From Antedon mediterranea (lineage: Eukaryota; Animalia; Echinodermata): 64,000 nucleotides of DNA. This document shows, in pieces, positions 49,796 to 64,000 of this stretch; the stretch's first letter is position 1, and the number at the start of each line of letters is the position of its first letter. The DNA is taken from the NCBI RefSeq assembly GCF_964355755.1, contig NC_092677.1:15026101-15090100 (forward strand). Direction: 5' to 3'. Under the pieces are notes generated by a model. It was not told the DNA's origin. It saw only the letters and a program-made list of their open reading frames with translations, and searched no databases. Both the position numbers and the translations under genes were made by a program.

Positions 49796-50344
49796 AGATG
49801 TATTGTCCCTTTGACTAAATCCCCCCCCCCCCCCCCCAAATTTTTTTTTTAATTTCGAAAAAAAAGTGGGTCATTTTGAAGTATCATAATAGTTATTAAC
49901 TTTCACCAAAAATTAGTCAAAAAAAAAATAATTTAACCGAAATACAGATGTTTTTTTGTTCAAAAAATAACTTTGACTTCCAGTCAAAGTTTTCAATCAA
50001 AACATATCCCATAATGCAATGCGCTTGTTTGGCTACTCTGTATGCATAATCATAAAACTTCCTCGCGATCTGTGTGAAAACACCTTCTCAACTGTGATGA
50101 GTTGTAAACAATCCTAATTAGCATCATGCATAATGCATACTCATGGTTTGAAATCTTTGTTTACTTTCGCTTGCGACGATTTCTCAGACGAAATGTAATC
50201 TAATTAATTTACCTGTTAATTACGTAAACTGTTGTTTTTGGCTCGAATTTTCGACTTAAAGTGAATAACTTTAATATTACTTTGATATGGCCAATTTAAA
50301 TTTAGAATATTTTTTTTTTCATTTTTTGTGTTTCAAGGGACAAT
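49796..50344. mobile_element. Dispersed, diverged copy of the TTAA MITE found in the 5S spacer
   Basis: TTAA|AGATGTATTGTCCCTTTGAC ... TTTCAAGGGACAAT, colinear with 4408-4944; the last bases of the right TIR are lost. Confidence 0.88.
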
Positions 50345-50375
50345 TACTGATTGTAATTGCTCAATAGCCTAAAAA

Positions 50376-51200
50376 CTACACTGTTTCGTTTGCTAACATC
50401 TTATTGTAATGTTCAACAGCAACGGAGATGACCATCTTGAGCATTTCTGGAACTTCTTTGTTGGCGGAAGATTCTGTTGCTACAGACGGTACAAAGCAAC
50501 AGCTTTCAAGGGCTTTTTTGTAAATACCCGTCTTTTCGTTCAACATTGTCTTTGTTTTAGACACCCTCCAATTATCTCCGACACCCGGTTTCCAATGTAG
50601 AAGGTTTTCAGTAAATTCTAGGCCTACCTTGGTGCAAAACTTTCTCATGACAGCCTCCGAGTCTTCGATGAGGTCTTTTGTATCAATAACCATCGGGCTT
50701 TGGCCTAGAACAGTTTTTATATGTTCCATAAGTTTATACAGGTCAGTATAAGGACTGCCTGACAAATAATCTTCAATTGTAGTTTTCGCAGTGTTCCCGA
50801 CATCCGTAAACTTATTTTGTAATGCCATAGCTTTGGTCGCTATTACAATTGGATCCCGAATAAGAAAAACATGCGTGAAGCCTTTTGGTAGATATTCATA
50901 ATTGCCTGTTATTGCTATCGCACTATCTTTAGCAAACACGACGTCTTGTTCTGTGAAATCAGCCTCTAACATCCGTTGTACGTTTTTGTAGGTGTAGTAT
51001 GTTTCTACGCCGCATGGTAGGTCTTGTTCTGTTGTATTGTGCTTTCTATCAGGACCGTATAAATAGGCTGTGTGGAACGGTTCTTGAAAGACAACGCATT
51101 TATCCAAATTGGAGACTGCTTTAGTGAAAACCGTTGATAGACTTCTTGGCGATGTCCAGAACATAACTTTTATTGGTTTAGAAGAAGGCATCTTAGCCAT
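50376..51200 (-). CDS. Sulfotransferase-fold protein (branched-chain-amino-acid aminotransferase-like protein 2 type), paralog 1
   Basis: 274-aa intronless ORF with MFWTSPRSLST, EPF, VFAKD, HVFLIRDP, VIDTKDL..MRKFC..GLEF..LLHW motifs. Confidence 0.8.
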   Translation of the reverse strand: MAKMPSSKPIKVMFWTSPRSLSTVFTKAVSNLDKCVVFQEPFHTAYLYGPDRKHNTTEQDLPCGVETYYTYKNVQRMLEADFTEQDVVFAKDSAIAITGNYEYLPKGFTHVFLIRDPIVIATKAMALQNKFTDVGNTAKTTIEDYLSGSPYTDLYKLMEHIKTVLGQSPMVIDTKDLIEDSEAVMRKFCTKVGLEFTENLLHWKPGVGDNWRVSKTKTMLNEKTGIYKKALESCCFVPSVATESSANKEVPEMLKMVISVAVEHYNKMLANETV

Positions 51201-51487
51201 ATTGATGTTAAAATAGAGTTATCTTTTATTAAATCGAAATTTCTGACAGAAACAGCTAACTTGACAAGGCCTAAGGTAATGTCCAAACACAATTATTCAT
51301 ATGCCACCAACATTATAAATAGCTCTATCGATAGGAATACCTGGTACCATTTCCTATTAAGTTACTATTTGTAATTTGTTGAAGGTACTGCAGTGGTTAT
51401 ACCTATCGTTAACAGAAGATAGTTTCATGTTTCATTGGTGCCATCGCGCGCCGGATTGCTCGTCGACGAAGGCACCAATCATCTTGT

Positions 51488-51636
51488 TAAGTTCTGTCTA
51501 GCCTACACTGTCAAACTTTATGTAACAAAAAATGTGATGTGCCCATATATTGACACGATGGTGTCATATCACTACCTTATTTGGGCACATTACACTTTTT
51601 TTGTCAAACTAGTTTGATAGTGTAGACATAGCTTTA
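51488..51636. mobile_element. Short fold-back MITE family (other copies ~58802-59013; fragments ~53565-53640 and ~61620-61750)
   Basis: TAAGTTCTGTCTA...TTTGATAGTGTAGACATAGCTTTA ends; shared ATATTTGGGCACAT and TGTCAAACTAGTTTGA-type cores. Confidence 0.65.
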
Positions 51637-52420
51637 GGACTGCGTGTTTCGCGTGAATGGGTTCCTGAGTTCTTCGTATCATGTTTAAGGCTATACCAAC
51701 TTTAGGCCTAGGCCTAGTTGTTTCTAAGCAATGAAGTAAACCTAACACCAGTTTCTAAAGGTTATTTATTATCATGGATCAACTTTACACATAATGTACT
51801 ATTAGAGTTATATACATACTGTAGGCCTAGACATTAGAGTAAAAATTGAACTATCCCAAGCGCATGAAATAGATAAAAAACAGCTGTTGTTTTATATATA
51901 ACGCTTAAATGGTATATTTTTAGTATATTAAGTTGAAAAATGTTCTATACTTTCATCGGAAAGTCATCGCATACGATGATGACATCAAATATGGGTTGTA
52001 AATTAAAATTATACAGAGAAACATTTTTATTAAATTGAAAATGTTCACGTCTTTTAATATCTTACCGAATACATTAATTAAAGAAAACCAGTAAATAACA
52101 CGAAATAAAATAATCCACAAAGAAGAGTAAAAATGGAATATTCCTAAGCCAATAAAGCAAATGTATGCAAGTTAAAGTATCTTTTCCGTATCTAACCGCC
52201 AAATAGTTCGTATTCATCAATCCTCAAAAAGTTAAAGTACGTATAGGCTACAATTGTTCTTTTTATACACAATTTAAATTTGTAATTGTCACATTATAGT
52301 TAAAGAAATAAATTAGATTAGTCGTTAGTTAGGTTAACTTTGTTCGGTTTCGGTTGGATTAAACTTCTGTTCACACTGGACTTCTAATAGCAATGACGTT
52401 TTCCAATGGGCTAAGAAGAT

Positions 52421-53245
52421 TTATACTGATTCGTTTGCTAACATCTTATTGTAATATTCAACGGAAACGGTAATGGCCATCTTAAAATGTTCCGGAATTT
52501 CTTTGTTGCCGGAAGAATCTGTTGCTACAGATGGTACAAAGCAACAGCTATCAAGTGCCTTTTTGTAAATACCTGTCTTTTCGTTCAACACTGTCTTTGT
52601 TTTAGACACCATCCAATTCTCTCCGACACCCGGTTTCCAATGTAGAAGGTTTTCAGTAAATTCTATGCCTACCTTGGTGCAAAACTTTCTCATGACAGCC
52701 TCCGGGTCTGCGATGAGATCTTTTGCATCAATAACCATCGGACTTTGGCCTAGAACAGTTTTTATATGTTCCATAAGTTTATACAGGTCAGTATAAGGAC
52801 TGCCTGACAAATAATCTTCCATTGTAGTTTTCGCCGTGTTCCCAACACCCGTAAATTTATTTTGTAATGCCATGGCTTTAGGTGCTATTACAATTGGATC
52901 CCGAATAAGAAACACATGCGTGAAGCCTTTTGGTAGATATTCATAATTGCCTGTTATTGCTATCGCACTATCTCTAGCAAACACGACGTCTTTTTCTGTG
53001 AAATCAGCCTCTAACATCCGTTGTACGTTTTTGTAGGTGTAGTCTGTTTCTACGCCGCATGGTAGGTCTTGTTCTGTTGTATTGTGCTTTCTATCAGGAC
53101 CGTATAAATAGGCTGAGTGGAACGGTTCTTGAAAGACAACGCATTTATCCAGATTGGAGACTGCTTTAGTGAAAACCATTGAGAGACTCCTAGGAGTTGT
53201 CCAGAACATAATTCTTTTTTGTTTTGAAGAATGCCTCTTTGACAT
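52421..53245 (-). CDS. Sulfotransferase-fold protein (BCAT-like 2 type), paralog 2
   Basis: 274-aa intronless ORF, colinear with and highly similar to 50376-51200. Confidence 0.8.
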   Translation of the reverse strand: MSKRHSSKQKRIMFWTTPRSLSMVFTKAVSNLDKCVVFQEPFHSAYLYGPDRKHNTTEQDLPCGVETDYTYKNVQRMLEADFTEKDVVFARDSAIAITGNYEYLPKGFTHVFLIRDPIVIAPKAMALQNKFTGVGNTAKTTMEDYLSGSPYTDLYKLMEHIKTVLGQSPMVIDAKDLIADPEAVMRKFCTKVGIEFTENLLHWKPGVGENWMVSKTKTVLNEKTGIYKKALDSCCFVPSVATDSSGNKEIPEHFKMAITVSVEYYNKMLANESV

Positions 53246-54764
53246 TTTGATGTTTCAATTATTTGGAAAAGTAGAATATCTTTAATATAGGTTTCTGGTT
53301 GGAATGGTAAGTCAATTCAAAACTCCTGGCAGAAACATTAACTTGAAAAGTAATATTGACAGCTTAACATGATTTTATAAAGGCCTACCTGTATCGATAG
53401 AAATACCTGGTACAGTACTATTTCCGTACTATATATTAAGTTACGTAGGCATAATTTTATAATACAATAATAATTCATTTTATCTTTTGTCTAGGTCTAT
53501 TACGGTTTCACGTTTCGTTTATGGCGCACTCGATATCGGATGCATGTCAAATTAAATAACTTGACTATACTATCAAACTAGTTTGACAAAAAAGTGTTAT
53601 ATGACATTATCATGTCATATATAGGCACATCACATTTAGTTGTAAGTTGTTGCAAACAATTTCTATTGATCACACATCACATACATAAGTTTCCGCTTTT
53701 CATATTTTTTGTTTCTTATTCTTTCGTAATGTTGTAAAAAGCATAAAAAAAGAAAAAAAACGTATGGTAAACATTTTATCAGCTCACTATTAGGCCTCAG
53801 AAAAATGTGTTTTATTCAACTTACTTTCGCGATATTATCAAAATCCTTCACCGTATACCCACCAACCGATAACAATTTTCTGCGTTTTTTTCTTCATTTT
53901 CTTACGAAATGGTGAACTATTGAAAAAAAGGTTCTTCCATTTTTTTTATTCATGTTTTTTTCGTTGTGGTTATATTACACATTTTAAATCCATGAACATT
54001 TATCTGATTAAATGGTATTTATTCTAGTCCTCGAGCGCAGTAGCGCCTCCGAAATTAAAGCATGTAGCAGCTGAGGTTATTTTTATTTCATACGCATCCA
54101 TACTCTACAGCTCACTATGTCGGTCGGTTAGTTGGTAAACACTAACTTGAACACAGGATGGATATGTTTTTAGTGTCAAAGAAATGTTATCAGACACATA
54201 CGCAAATAAAAAAAAACCCATTCATTGGAACAATAGTTTATTTATTATACATTTTTTTAAGACCGTCACCTTACAAATAGAAGTACAGTGAGATAAATCT
54301 ATTTTTAAGTACAGACGGATGTTTGCCTTAATATTTAATTGTTTTACATAGAGAGTCGAGCCCAGTTTATGTGGTTCACGTAACCAGTTTTGATAGGCGA
54401 CCATACCAAAACCATAGTGCTTTAAAGTAGGCCATTTATTCTTTTCATCATCATATCTTTATTTTATTTGTTTTACTTTTACACATTTTTCACAAGTACA
54501 GTACAGTAATGCAGTGTAACATTTCTTTCATTATTGTATGTTGATATTCCAGAGATAAGCAATATAACATCACAAACATTATCATTTATGTTTATGTAAA
54601 AACTTTACCTATAAATAGATTTATATGCATTGTTTACTAAAACTACTACATATTTAATAGTGGTTTCATATTTTATTATTCTCATGGTTTCAATAATTGA
54701 TCAAAGTTCACATAAAAACACATGGTATGAGGTTGTTGCACGATAAAAGTTCTGAAAGCGTGAA

Positions 54765-64000
<9,236 letters not shown>

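Overview
AT-rich, intron-containing animal DNA (probably a marine invertebrate; taxon cannot be fixed from sequence alone). Bases 1-17.7 kb are the edge of a 5S rDNA tandem array with ~1-kb units: four intact 5S genes and two 5S genes interrupted at the same nucleotide by apparently identical copies of an ~8.46-kb DNA transposon without terminal inverted repeats. The complete copy is 9194-17654, flanked by CTGGGAAT on both sides. It encodes a 9-exon, ~1416-aa C2H2-finger/DDE transposase of the Dada type, and its right end carries an in-register mimic of the 5S box C (TFIIIA site). More than half of each 5S spacer is a TTAA-flanked MITE that also occurs as a dispersed copy at ~49.8 kb. The rest of the window holds Vangl/Strabismus (+), a convergent secreted protein with 11 Frizzled-type CRDs (one double-CRD exon is disabled) and a C-terminal DYCR-repeat module (-), two tandem intronless sulfotransferase-fold (BCAT-like 2 type) genes (-), and most of COPA (-). 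There are also many MITEs and several 20-35-bp CA...TG palindromes with 7-8-bp duplications that resemble P-element excision footprints. All exon boundaries were read by eye.
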